Positions 10,394 through 20,274 are shown, numbered from the stretch's first letter. The stretch: 64,000 nucleotides of DNA from Nitrospirota bacterium (GCA_963818475.1 CAWFSF010000005.1:384001-448000), one strand, 5' to 3'. The notes: generated from the sequence alone by a model not told the origin. Program-made: numbers and translations.

Positions 10394-10709
10394 GATTCTA
10401 TCTCCTTTCATACATTCGCATTCCGTGCTCATGCTCAATTCATCAGCACCGCACGGAAGCGGGCTTTGTTCGACATCATCCGGTCCTCATATAAAAATTA
10501 TAGACAGGGACCACTACGTCGTCAAGGTGGTCGAAAGTCTGAGAAAACAGGTTAGTGAGGGCAATACGAAAAAGGGAGGATGACCTTAACTCTTACTTCC
10601 CGTTCTGCAATTAAAACGCTAAGCCGGAATCAAGGAGGAAATATCCCGGTCGGAAGCGGAATCCCGGCAGGCGAATTTTTAGGTATAATTCTAACGAAGG
10701 AGGAGAGAC

Positions 10710-11304
10710 ATGAGAAAAATAATCGTTTTATCAATGATTACATTAGATGGAGTAATGCAAGCACCTGGTGGACCTGAGGAAGATACATCAGGCGGTTTCA
10801 AATATGGCGGTTGGGTTGCACCTTATTTTGACGAAGTTTCTGGTAAGGTCATGGAAAAACAGATGAAACCTGCAGATCTTCTTTTGGGCAGAAAAACATT
10901 TGAGATTTTTGCCGACTACTGGCCAGAGCATGAAAATGATTGGCCAGGTATCAATGATGTCACAAAATACGTCATGTCCAAGACCATGAAAAAGTCAGAT
11001 TGGAAAAACTCAGTTTTCCTCAAAAGCCTGGCAGATATCAAAAAGCTCAAAAATTCAAAAGGTTCTGACATTCAAGTTCACGGCAGTGGTGAGCTCATTC
11101 AGCTGCTACTTAAGAATGATTTAGTGGACGAACTCTGGCTCAAAATTTTCCCGTTGACTCTTGGTAAAGGAAAAAAGTTGTTTGACAATGGCACGATTCC
11201 GGCAGCATTTACATTAATAGAGAGTTCTGGTTACACCAAGTGGAGTGATTATTGCCAATTACAAGCGAGCTGGAAAAGTCAAGACAGGTACTGTTGGAGC
11301 TTAA
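10710..11304 (+). CDS. Dihydrofolate reductase/RibD C-terminal family protein (frameshift ~11230)
   Basis: MRKIIVLSMITLDGVMQAPGG, LLLGRKTF, GSGELIQ, DELWL; shifted frame ends VTPSGVIIANYKRAGKVKTGTVGA*. Confidence 0.88.
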
Positions 11305-11325
11305 GGCGGCTAACCTGTTATAATC

Positions 11326-11405
11326 CCCCAGATAAGCTGATATCTTCACCAAGAAGCTTTGGGGACATTGTATACATGCGTTTCATCAGGTCTGCATTGT
11401 GCAAC
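11326..11405. repeat. ~80-100 nt non-coding repeat, copy A (copy B 20144-20225)
   Basis: ccccagataagctgata.cttcaccaaga.gctttggggacat..tatacatgc..tttcatcaggtct shared between copies. Confidence 0.7.
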
Positions 11406-11511
11406 GGTAGCAATAACAGCAGAGGCTTCGTGGCTTATGCACCGATCGATCTTTTGGAATTCTCTCGGCTTCTCCCTTGTAACGTACTCCTCTTTATGAC
11501 ATAATCGGCCT

Positions 11512-12393
11512 GTGAATAAGGACCTTTCAGCGATCCGCAGGCTCGTCGGTGTGGTCACGAAGGAACAGCTTCGGTATGTAGACTGTTTTGTGTCCGAAGA
11601 AGTCGCGCTGTTCATGCCGATGGGAGGCCCCTGCTACTACGCGCTTACGCCCGAGCACTCCCATCCTGCCTACATGTTCGTGCTTAATTTTACAGACCGG
11701 ATGTCCGTCAAGATCGATGGGAAAACAATACCCGACAGGCCGGGCAAGGTCTTCGCCTTGTCGCCTGACATCCCGCACCAGGAGCTGCCCCTGGACTCGC
11801 CTCCGCGGTATATCTGCGCGATGATCGACAGGATGTTTTTCGAAAAACAGTACCGGAGCTGCGCAGCAAAGACGCCGGCAATCTATCGCGGCGCTTTCTT
11901 CGACGCCGGGGAAGGGCTTCCCCTTCTGCTCAAGCGGTTCATGACCGAGGCGGAAAGCGGAATACCCGGAGGGAAAGCCGTACTCGCGGCACTGGGCGTC
12001 GAGATATGCCATTCGCTCATCAGGACCATCATCAGGACACCTGCAATGAAAAGCCGTGTGGAAGAGCGCGTCGAGATCGGCCGCGCGATCGAGCATATCC
12101 ACTCGAACCTCGATGACAAGCTCATCGTCGAAGACATGGCTGCTGTCGCCCGCTTGTCAGCGTCGCACTTTGCCCGTGTCTTCAAAAAGGAAACGGGCAA
12201 GGCGCCCATGGAATATGTAAGCGAGCTCCGCCTGGAGCGCGCGAAAAAGATGCTCCTTGCCGGAGACCGGTCCATTACCGAGATCGCCGTTCTCTGCGGA
12301 TTCGGCACCCCGTCCTACCTCTCCGCCTGTTTCCAGAAGCAATACCGGATGACGCCGTCAGAGTACCGGCGGATGCCTGGGAAAGCCCGCTAA
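11512..12393 (+). CDS. AraC family transcriptional regulator
   Basis: C-terminal double HTH: LSASHFARVFKKETG...SITEIAVLCGF...F..QYRMTPSEYR. Confidence 0.92.
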   Translation: MNKDLSAIRRLVGVVTKEQLRYVDCFVSEEVALFMPMGGPCYYALTPEHSHPAYMFVLNFTDRMSVKIDGKTIPDRPGKVFALSPDIPHQELPLDSPPRYICAMIDRMFFEKQYRSCAAKTPAIYRGAFFDAGEGLPLLLKRFMTEAESGIPGGKAVLAALGVEICHSLIRTIIRTPAMKSRVEERVEIGRAIEHIHSNLDDKLIVEDMAAVARLSASHFARVFKKETGKAPMEYVSELRLERAKKMLLAGDRSITEIAVLCGFGTPSYLSACFQKQYRMTPSEYRRMPGKAR

Positions 12394-12759
12394 CAGTCGA
12401 ATCTCTAAAAAAGAACATCGAATATTGAAAGCCGGATCTTCGGATTTGCCCTATCATGCTCATCAACAGGATACAGGGGCGAATTTTCAGTCACCATATT
12501 ATGTTCTGTTTCTGTCAATCACAAAAGATCACGTCTTTGCTGTGCTAATAATTCATTGCCGTCCTCCGTGCCTCTGTGTCTCCGTGGTGAAACTGCTTTT
12601 TTAAACTTTACTAATACAAACGCATTTAGATTCATTACCGCTTTCTCCCCTCTCCTTTATCCTCTCCCCAGCGGGGAGAGGGCTGGGTGAGGGGGATTCA
12701 TTCGGGATGTAACAATTATTAATTCGTTTGCATTATATGCTTAATACGAAAGGCGATCT

Positions 12760-13710
12760 ATGAGCGGGTCAAAAAATACGGGATATAAAACATATGCAGC
12801 AGCTCCATTCATGATGATAGTGCTCTATGTACTCGCGGCGGCTTTCTTCTGGCTTCTCTTCAAAGACAAGGCCACGGTCATCTTCTTTGTCATCCTGGCG
12901 GTTATCTTCATCTCGTCCATGAGCCTCTATGCCGTAGTACCGATCAAATTCAAGAACAAGGTTCGGATATCGACCATATTCCTGATCAGCCCGCTGCTCT
13001 TCGGATTGGCCTGCATAGTGGGACGACAGAACTTTCAAATTGAGGGGTTCTTTTTCTATCTCTTGACCGGAACCTTTGGCGGAGTGATGATCCATTTCAC
13101 CGTGGGCAAGATCTTCGGGCCTCTTTTGACGGGGCGGACCTGGTGCAGTTGGGGCTGCTGGACGCTTATGATACTGGATCTGCTGCCCTTTAAGAAGAGC
13201 GACGGCTGGAGGCAGGGAAACATCACCCTGTTGAAATACATCCACCTGGTCCTGTCCCTGGCATTGGTCGTAGTCATGGTCTTTATTTTCAAATACACGC
13301 TCCATGACCCGAATCAAGCGCCGGACCAACCCGGTCTTATGAAAGCGATGTACTGGTTTATCATTGGCAATGTCTTCTATTATGCATCCGCTATCGCAAT
13401 GGCAATTTCATTAAAAGACAATCGGGCATTCTGCAAATACCTCTGCCCGGTGTCCGTGCCGCTGAAGTTCGCCAACCTGTTCTCGATCCTCAGGATCAAA
13501 GGGAATAAGAAAAAATGCGCTCGCTGCAGCACCTGCGTGGGTCAATGTCCATTTAATATCGATATCCCCAGATACATCGAACTGGGGACCCGCATCAAGT
13601 CGTCGGAGTGTGTGATGTGTATGAGGTGCGTTGCGGTCTGTCCGGAAGGCGCGCTTTGTGCTTCTATGGGTTTTGATGTAGTGACCGAGGATTATTTGAA
13701 AAGGTGTTAA
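12760..13710 (+). CDS. Membrane 4Fe-4S binding protein (NapH/MauN-like)
   Basis: GRTWCSWGC, RAFCKYLCP, two CxxCxxCxxxCP motifs, TM helices. Confidence 0.88.
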   Translation: MSGSKNTGYKTYAAAPFMMIVLYVLAAAFFWLLFKDKATVIFFVILAVIFISSMSLYAVVPIKFKNKVRISTIFLISPLLFGLACIVGRQNFQIEGFFFYLLTGTFGGVMIHFTVGKIFGPLLTGRTWCSWGCWTLMILDLLPFKKSDGWRQGNITLLKYIHLVLSLALVVVMVFIFKYTLHDPNQAPDQPGLMKAMYWFIIGNVFYYASAIAMAISLKDNRAFCKYLCPVSVPLKFANLFSILRIKGNKKKCARCSTCVGQCPFNIDIPRYIELGTRIKSSECVMCMRCVAVCPEGALCASMGFDVVTEDYLKRC

Positions 13711-13865
13711 TGCGTTTAATCAAAAGCTTTGGGGAAAATTTAGTCGGAACAAAGATGGTGAGGAAGTAGCGTATAAACCGGTGGCGTGCTGATCTACGCA
13801 ACCTGCACCACCGAGCCGGAGGAGAATGAGCACGTGATCGCCAATGACGGCGGTGAACCATTAAT

Positions 13866-15262
13866 TGTCAAATGTCAGGACATCGGTTACCCGATTCTAA
13901 TGGTCCCATATATCAAGACATCGGTTACCCGAGTCTGATAGTTTGCTCAACTGGTAGTAAATCGTCCGGCATTAGGTACTCAAAAGTATCGACGATGTCA
14001 TTTCCTAGATAGAGCTGCACAGCATGTAGATTCGTTACAATCTGTGCCCTGACATAAGAGTATATGAGGTCTCTTGATACCTCGAAACGTTCTCCAAAGA
14101 TATCAAGCTGCCGATTGCTCCGGATGAACCGTACGAGAGATACATTTCCATCCGGGATGAAGCTAAGATCCGGCATCTTGCTATTCGACCTCACGGTTAT
14201 TGGCGCAAAGCCGTGGGCCAGTTTCATTTCATGAGCCGTTTTCCCTTTGAGGCAGCTGTATCGGTGATGCTTGTTGTGAAACCGTTGAAAATTCTTGTTC
14301 TGCTGTTTCAGCACAGCATAGCTTGAGAACCATTGCCGACGAAAGAACCGTTTGTCGTAGGTGTCATTGAAACGTTCCACAACGCCGTTACGCCATGGTT
14401 CTCCGATCGGGATGAATACCGGATGGACACCGTAACTCAGACAAAGCCGTATGACCATCCCCATGGACCTGGGATGCCGGTTGCTGCCCCGGAAGTTCAG
14501 CGCGTTGTCCATCTGCAGGTAATCAGGGATGCCCACGGTCTTCCAACAGCGCAAAAGGCCTTGGCAGACGTGGGAATCCTGTTTCGTTCTTTGAGCCTCG
14601 GTGTAGACTTCATGGCTGAACAGATCAATGACATTCAGCGCATAGAATCTGCCGTCATCTTTAATGTAGCGCGGCCCCACCAGGTCCATCTGGTGGATGT
14701 TGTTGCATCCCAAGGCTTCGGTGAAGTACGGGTATTCGACCCCTTTGGGCGCATAAGCTGTTTTTTTTAACGAGCCCTTCGCGTTTCAACACCCGGTTTA
14801 TCGTGCTGTCCGAGGGAAACGGCAACCCTTGCTTCTTAAGCTCCCATTTTATGGAGGAAACTCCAATTTGGGCATAAGGGGCATCCACCAAGTTTTGTCT
14901 GGTCGAAAGAATACGCTCTTTCGACTTCTCGTCGATTTCTGAGGGCTTTGTTTTGGGAGCGCGAGATTGCTCTTTGTACCAGTCGGGTCCGCCGGTTCGA
15001 TATCGTATCAGCCATTTGAAGAACCACTTTTTGGATCGGTTCAGGCTGGTATAAACATCCTTTGGCGATTCGCCTCCCTGGATGTGTCGGCTAATAGCTG
15101 CCTGTCTGAGTTCTTCTTCCATAGAGGCTCTCCTTCTTGATTCAGATTAGGAGAGCATGATAGCATCAAACAGCATTAAGGAAACTGACATCCTAATTTA
15201 AATGGATTTCGGGTAACCGATGTCTTGACATATCCGGGTAACCGATGTCCTGAAACTTGTCA
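13866..15262 (-). mobile_element. IS481-like insertion sequence, apparently complete
   Basis: TIRs TGTCAAATGTCAGGACATCGGTTACCCG / TGACAAGTTTCAGGACATCGGTTACCCG with internal repeated GACATCGGTTACCCG; ATTAAT duplicated at 13860-13865 and 15263-15268. Confidence 0.88.
13925..15122 (-). CDS. DDE transposase (HTH + integrase core), split at an A8 run
   Basis: ORF1 HTH SKKWFFKW...SRAP; ORF2 HQMDLVG, QMDN, NGVVERFN; joined at 14761-14768. Confidence 0.85.
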
Positions 15263-15293
15263 ATTAATAACTAAGTTTACAATGTACCAGATA

Positions 15294-16064
15294 CTAATCG
15301 GGGAATGCAATACCGGACAAGCGACCGCATGCTGCAAGATACTTTTCCTGGACAGCCGGGTCCGCGGCAGCCGGGTGAAAGCTCCGGGGTTGTTGATGAG
15401 AGAAATATCTTCCCGAGACCAAGGCTTCCTTGTCCCGGCTCACTGCGAGCCAGACCTGCGTCCTCGATCCCTCCTCGATGCTGTGCGGCGCTCCCGGTCC
15501 TCCCATCTTCGTGGCCACCCAGCCGGGATCCACTGCATTGGACAATACATCGGGCCATTTCCGGGCAGCGGCAAAAGCAAGGATGACGTTGTGCAGCTTC
15601 GATTCGGCGTAGGCGCTCGACTCCTGCCATGGCCGGCTGCTCCAGGTCAGGTCGTTCAACGTGGCATCGCCGCTTCGATGCAGGCCCGAGCTCGTGTAGA
15701 TCAGGCGTTTCGGCCTCCTGATCAGGCAGGTCAGGATATAGGAGGCCAGGGAGTTCACGGCAAAGATCTGCGGCAGGCCATCAACGGTCCGGTTGCCATG
15801 AGGATCGCGATAGATGCCGGCATTATGGATCACGGCATCGATCGGTCCCAGCTCGTTCACCTGGTCCGCAAGGGACTTCGTCTCCGCGATGCTCGCAAGA
15901 TCGCCGATAACGGCGGTCAACGCGCCCGTGACTTTGGAAAGCGCCGCGTTCGCCCGCTGTCGGCTCCGGCCATGCAGCACGACCTGGTGGCCCTGTGCGA
16001 CCAGCAGCTGAGCTTCCATGAGGCCGATACCGTCAGCAGAGCCTGTGATGAATATTCTTGCCAT
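15294..16064 (-). CDS. SDR family oxidoreductase
   Basis: ITGSADGIG, HNAG, YAESK, DPGWVATKM. Confidence 0.92.
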   Translation of the reverse strand: MARIFITGSADGIGLMEAQLLVAQGHQVVLHGRSRQRANAALSKVTGALTAVIGDLASIAETKSLADQVNELGPIDAVIHNAGIYRDPHGNRTVDGLPQIFAVNSLASYILTCLIRRPKRLIYTSSGLHRSGDATLNDLTWSSRPWQESSAYAESKLHNVILAFAAARKWPDVLSNAVDPGWVATKMGGPGAPHSIEEGSRTQVWLAVSRDKEALVSGRYFSHQQPRSFHPAAADPAVQEKYLAACGRLSGIAFPD

Positions 16065-16225
16065 CGAGTTTTCTTCGAGATTCCCCCGCCGTCTTCATAT
16101 AGCGCAGGCAAAAGACCGGAGCATCTTCGGGACAATCGCCGCGACAGCCACGGTCCGGGGCACGTGCAACGCCGGATCGCGGTGCAACGAGTCAGGCAAG
16201 CTTTCGCTTTGATCGAGCTTTTGGC

Positions 16226-16672
16226 TTAGCCTTCGCCTTGGATTTGAGCTTGGCTGCTTTTTCGTTTCTTCGGCGCATGCCAATTAAAGGGGATGGGCTG
16301 AAGCATACTCACGCGGTTGCCCTCCGGGTCGATGAACGACACATATTGACCGACGTTCGGGATTTCCATGGGTTCGCCCAGCACATTCCCCCCCGCGGCT
16401 TGCACTTTCTTGATCGATTTCTTGATATCATCAACTGCGATAACGATGGACGGATATTGCGCGGGCCAATCGGGTTTTCTCGGGTAAAAACCGCCGTTGA
16501 TCCTTCCTGGTTTTTTGGGGCCTTTCTCGCCGGTTTCCGTGGTGGCTGCAGTAACATAATTACCCATCTCCTCGCCAAGCATCCGCGTCTGCCAGCCAAA
16601 AGCAGATTTATAGAACTTCGCCATACGCACCCGATCGTCGAATGGCATCTCAAAGTGTACAACGGGATCCAT
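16226..16672 (-). CDS. VOC/glyoxalase family protein
   Basis: VVHFE, FYKSAFGW, INGG, FIDPEGN. Confidence 0.9.
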   Translation of the reverse strand: MDPVVHFEMPFDDRVRMAKFYKSAFGWQTRMLGEEMGNYVTAATTETGEKGPKKPGRINGGFYPRKPDWPAQYPSIVIAVDDIKKSIKKVQAAGGNVLGEPMEIPNVGQYVSFIDPEGNRVSMLQPIPFNWHAPKKRKSSQAQIQGEG

Positions 16673-16728
16673 ACTGTATCCTCCTTGACTATGATGACGG
16701 TGCCTTTAAATGGGTGACCCTATGAGGT

Positions 16729-16899
16729 TCATAATTTGAGGTAGTCGAGCAATCTATACATTATGATTGCAGGCCAAACTATTGCCTTGAGAAAGCCCAA
16801 CACCCCTCCCCAGAAAGAAGTTGAATGCTGAATGAAATATACTGCCGCGCCGACGAATGCCAGACCGTAAATACCTCCACATGATTTTTCGTCTTTCAT
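16729..16899 (-). CDS. Small membrane protein, 56 aa (below ORF-track cutoff)
   Basis: MKDEKSCGGIYGLAFVGAAVYFIQHSTSFWGGVLGFLKAIVWPAIIMYRLLDYLKL*; RBS aaggag. Confidence 0.7.
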   Translation of the reverse strand: MKDEKSCGGIYGLAFVGAAVYFIQHSTSFWGGVLGFLKAIVWPAIIMYRLLDYLKL

Positions 16900-16970
16900 A
16901 TGTTCTCCTTAACTATAGTATAGTGAAAGTCGTGCCTGAAGAGGTTTCGTGCGTGGAACAGGGATGAATC

Positions 16971-17402
16971 TCAGTATGTTTTCCCCGGCTCAGGCGGACA
17001 AAAATTCACGTTATCGTAATAAGGATAGATGTGGAAGTTAGGGGCGGGCTTCTCGTTTATCTCATAACCATGCTTCCGGAAGGCCGATTTCAGTGCACCC
17101 TGCTGTTCACTGCCGAGTGAGGTGTATAGGCGGTCCAGTTTTTCCTGAGAACGATACGTGCATTGGGCTTCAAGCAACCCGGTGCGCACGTCTGCGGGCA
17201 GCGCTGCATCGGTCAAAACCGCCTCAAGGTCCCCTGACGTGCACAACATTCTATAAAGGGTTTGATCCTGACTGCCGAAAAAATAGGTATTGCAGTCCTT
17301 TGAGACGAGAAACGTCTTTGCGCAGCCGGTGAAGAGCAATGATGCCGATATCATTACCAGCAGCTTCCGGAGTGAAGTCATATGAAGAGCGGTATTCGTC
17401 AT
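16971..17402 (-). CDS. Hypothetical lipoprotein
   Basis: Lipobox-like LFTGC after a hydrophobic stretch; start uncertain. Confidence 0.6.
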   Translation of the reverse strand: MTNTALHMTSLRKLLVMISASLLFTGCAKTFLVSKDCNTYFFGSQDQTLYRMLCTSGDLEAVLTDAALPADVRTGLLEAQCTYRSQEKLDRLYTSLGSEQQGALKSAFRKHGYEINEKPAPNFHIYPYYDNVNFCPPEPGKTY

Positions 17403-17453
17403 AGATTGTTTAGGTTTGCCACGGTCTGCGTGAAACATCAATACCTACCGTCC

Positions 17454-17777
17454 TTATGAATCGACGAGACGGAAGCCGGCGTTCTTCCATCCTTCGACAC
17501 CGCCGCCCAGGACCTTGGCATTCGGAAATCCCTGCGCCAGATATTCCGCTGCCCGACCGGCAGCGCTCGCTTCTTTCTGTCAGGCTCAGTAGAAGATGAT
17601 TTCCTGGTCTCGGGACAGGGAGGGCAACCGCGCCTTGAAGTCCTGCAGCGAGATCGCGGCCTCAAGGTGCGTTTTCCCGAACTTTTCCACGTCCTCGTAC
17701 GCGCATACCAGAAGGGCCTCTCCGGACGTCACCTTCTTGCGCGCCTCTTCTGCCGATATTCTTATTGGCTCGGTCAT
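17454..17777 (-). CDS. Rhodanese-like protein read through two in-frame TGA (putative UxU selenoprotein), 107 aa
   Basis: ...DQEIIFY-TGA-A-TGA-QKEASAAGRAAEYLAQGFPNAKVLGGGVEGWKNAGFRLVDS-TAA; rhodanese C-terminal motif in the same frame. Confidence 0.8.
17547..17566 (-). promoter_or_regulatory. Putative bacterial SECIS hairpin
   Basis: CGCTGCC-GGTCG-GGCAGCG starting 14 nt after the second TGA. Confidence 0.65.
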
Positions 17778-17968
17778 GGCGGGCCTCCCATCGGTGGATA
17801 GGCTGTGAATGAATAAAGGATAGCATAGACCAGAGGGAGATGCATGGGGAGTGATCTCAAAAGCGGCGGGAGGGCATGAAATGAAGAATCGGCAGGATAA
17901 CCTGTTTTCCCTGTTAGAACTTGTTCTTCTTTTAGAAGAATCTTCAATTTCCGCTTTGTTCTTTTCAT

Positions 17969-18022
17969 AAAAAAGGCCGGCAGAGATAATTTCTCCGCCG
18001 ACCTCGCTGTTTCAGTTCCTCG
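17969..18022 (-). repeat. Degenerate copy of the groEL terminator region
   Basis: ccggcagagataatttctccgccgacctcgctgtttcagttcctcg vs ccggcagagatagtatctctgccggccttcgtgtttcagttcctcg (25825-25870). Confidence 0.7.
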
Positions 18023-18129
18023 CCTGCACCCAGCGATACGAGTGCTCGCCGCGAGTGCAGGTGTGAAAGAAAACTTTTTATTCTTGATAAAGGAATCTAA
18101 AGACTTCGCCATCGTCCGCGGGCAGCTAT

Positions 18130-18312
18130 TTATCGTCCTGAGATTTTCTTCCACCTCTCCAGTTTCCGCGAAGGAACGAAATCGTTGACAAATTGATTCG
18201 CCTCTTCGAGCCAGTTCAGCTTTGCCTCGGGTGACGCGTCTTGGAAGTGTTTCAGCGCCTCTGGCGATGGACGGAAAACAAAAGGTTTTTTTCGCGGGTC
18301 CCGGCTGATCAT
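18130..18312 (-). CDS. Small hypothetical partner of nucleotidyltransferase
   Basis: ATGA overlap with upstream ORF; SPEAKLNWLEEAN. Confidence 0.65.
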   Translation of the reverse strand: MISRDPRKKPFVFRPSPEALKHFQDASPEAKLNWLEEANQFVNDFVPSRKLERWKKISGR

Positions 18313-18806
18313 TTCGTTTCCTCCGCCTGCTCCAGCGACTCGATTGCCTCGATATCCGCGATGTCCTGCGGTCTGTTTGCCGCTTTTTTGAGTCTCTTCA
18401 AATGCGCCAGCGAAACAACGGGTATGGAGATTCCTTTCGCCGTAACGCGCACAAGCTCATTCATGATCTCTCCGAAGGGGATCTTTTCCTCGATAAATAC
18501 ATCGATCAAGGTCATCGGCTGCCCCGGGTCAACGAACGAGAACACCTCCATGCCCTTATCCCGCTTCCATTGGATCCGTGCGGCCGGATCGAGCAAATCC
18601 ACGGCTTTCACGGGATTTCGCGGGACGTAGCCCAGTTCACCCATGGCTTGAACAAAGCGTTCCAGGTTGTCCGGCTCCAGATCAACGATCAGATCAAGGT
18701 CGGCAGTGAACCTGACCACGCCATGAAGCACCAGCGCGACGCCGCCTGCGACGGCGTACCGTATGCTGTTTTTCTGAAGCACGCTGAAAACATTTTCATA
18801 ATACAT
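18309..18806 (-). CDS. Nucleotidyltransferase-like protein
   Basis: AVAGGVALVLHG..RFTADLDL; KKAANRPQDIADIE. Confidence 0.8.
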   Translation of the reverse strand: MYYENVFSVLQKNSIRYAVAGGVALVLHGVVRFTADLDLIVDLEPDNLERFVQAMGELGYVPRNPVKAVDLLDPAARIQWKRDKGMEVFSFVDPGQPMTLIDVFIEEKIPFGEIMNELVRVTAKGISIPVVSLAHLKRLKKAANRPQDIADIEAIESLEQAEETK

Positions 18807-19050
18807 TCGGGAGCCCTGTTCTGAGATTGCCTTGCCACATGCCGAAAATAAAACGTCTCAACTTACTGAAAACTTTACTACATATATCCACAAAGGGCAA
18901 GCGAAGAATCGTTCGTGCCTATCGCACAGGCTTTTATCAACTCAAGCAACAGCCCCACAACGGGGACTTTTATGTCTAAAAACGGCAGTTACTCGCGCAA
19001 AAAGCCGCAAAGTACGCTAAGAAAAGTTGGGACTTGAACCCTTTGAGTGA

Positions 19051-19993
19051 ACCCTTTTAGGGTCAAGTCGCTTTTGTTGCATTCTCATATTCACGCAACC
19101 ACCGGCTTATCGTCGAACGGTGGACTGCGAGGTGTCGTGCAAGCTGACTTTGATGATAGCCGTACTTCTCTACCGCTTCTATCAGTTTCTTCTTCAGCTT
19201 TCGCTGATCGGCGTTTATCGATTCTGGCAACAGCTTTGACAATGCGGGCCGCGTTGAGTATCGCTGGCTCCGAGGAATCTCGGGGATATCCTGGTGTTTC
19301 CTGAGATGATCCACCAACGTCTCGACAAAGTCATCCTCGCCCAGGAGCGCCTGCCCCCTCACCGCAGTCCAGATCGTTTCTTCCCCGATCCCCCATCTGA
19401 TGAATTGCCGGTACTCGCTTTCCGCTTTTCCACGCTTTCCACTGAACTGCCCGAGCACCCAATCCGTAGTCAGGCAAGGGTGGGACTTCGCTTGGCCCGC
19501 TGTGGCCAGATAACTGGACCACTTCCAGGACTCCGGTCCTTCAACCATCCTGGCTCGCACTGGATTCAGGACAACATAGCGGCATACTTCCAGAAGATGG
19601 CTGTCTTTCTGGATCAGTATCGCCTTGTAGCGACCTTGAAACAAGTGTCCGTTCCTGCCGTGATATTTGTTGAAGAGCTGCGTGTAGACACCGTTGAGCT
19701 GCCGCATGCCAAGGGACAGATTGCCTTCGGGAGTCTCGATGAGAAGATGGTAATGGTTGGTCATGAGGCAATAGGCGTGACAGTTCCAATTGTACCGTTT
19801 ATTGACGTGCTGGAGAGTATTCAAAAAAACTTCCCGGTCATGATCATCCTTAAAGACAGGCTTCTTCTCATTCCCGCGGGAAGTGACATGGTAGACTGCA
19901 CCTGCGTATTCTATGCGGAGAGGGCGTGACATGGGGTGAGCTTAGCAGAAAAAAGGACGTATTGCAACAAAAGAGACCTGACCCTAAAGGGTC
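19051..19993 (-). mobile_element. RAYT/Y1 transposase element with inverted-repeat ends
   Basis: acccttttagggtcaagtcgcttttgttgca (19051-19081) is the near reverse complement of tgcaacaaaagagacctgaccctaaagggt (19963-19992). Confidence 0.75.
19063..19932 (-). CDS. REP-associated tyrosine transposase (HUH Y1) with C-terminal HTH
   Basis: MSRPLRIEY, YHVTSRGN, YCLMTNHYHLL, YVVLNPVRA, WSSY. Confidence 0.9.
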   Translation of the reverse strand: MSRPLRIEYAGAVYHVTSRGNEKKPVFKDDHDREVFLNTLQHVNKRYNWNCHAYCLMTNHYHLLIETPEGNLSLGMRQLNGVYTQLFNKYHGRNGHLFQGRYKAILIQKDSHLLEVCRYVVLNPVRARMVEGPESWKWSSYLATAGQAKSHPCLTTDWVLGQFSGKRGKAESEYRQFIRWGIGEETIWTAVRGQALLGEDDFVETLVDHLRKHQDIPEIPRSQRYSTRPALSKLLPESINADQRKLKKKLIEAVEKYGYHQSQLARHLAVHRSTISRWLREYENATKAT

Positions 19994-20143
19994 CCTGGAA
20001 CCTTAGTGTCCACGTCCCCTATGTATCCTAAAAGTCCGGAGAATCATTTCCAGCCTTTTCTTTTTGTTCTCTTTGTCGGCTGCGACTGCCTCTCGCTATG
20101 AATCAGAACAAAAGCATACATAGAAACAACGTCCCCAAGTCTG

Positions 20144-20225
20144 CCCCAGATAAGCTGATAACTTCACCAAGACGCTTTGGGGACATCCTATACATGCTTT
20201 CTTTCATCAGGTCTAGCAAAGCAAC
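20144..20225. repeat. ~80-100 nt non-coding repeat, copy B
   Basis: Direct repeat of 11326-11405. Confidence 0.7.
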
Positions 20226-20274
20226 CATAGAAACAATTTCCCTATCGTGCCCTACTGTCTCCCTTGGTTGTATT

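Noticed and set aside
11305-11325. Integron attC site after the DHFR-like gene (GCTAAC...GTTA)
   Set aside because: Too short, no L boxes, no integron integrase
11360-11400. Hammerhead ribozyme (CTGATGA on minus strand of the duplicated element)
   Set aside because: Could not build the stems or place the GAAA/cleavage triplet around the core
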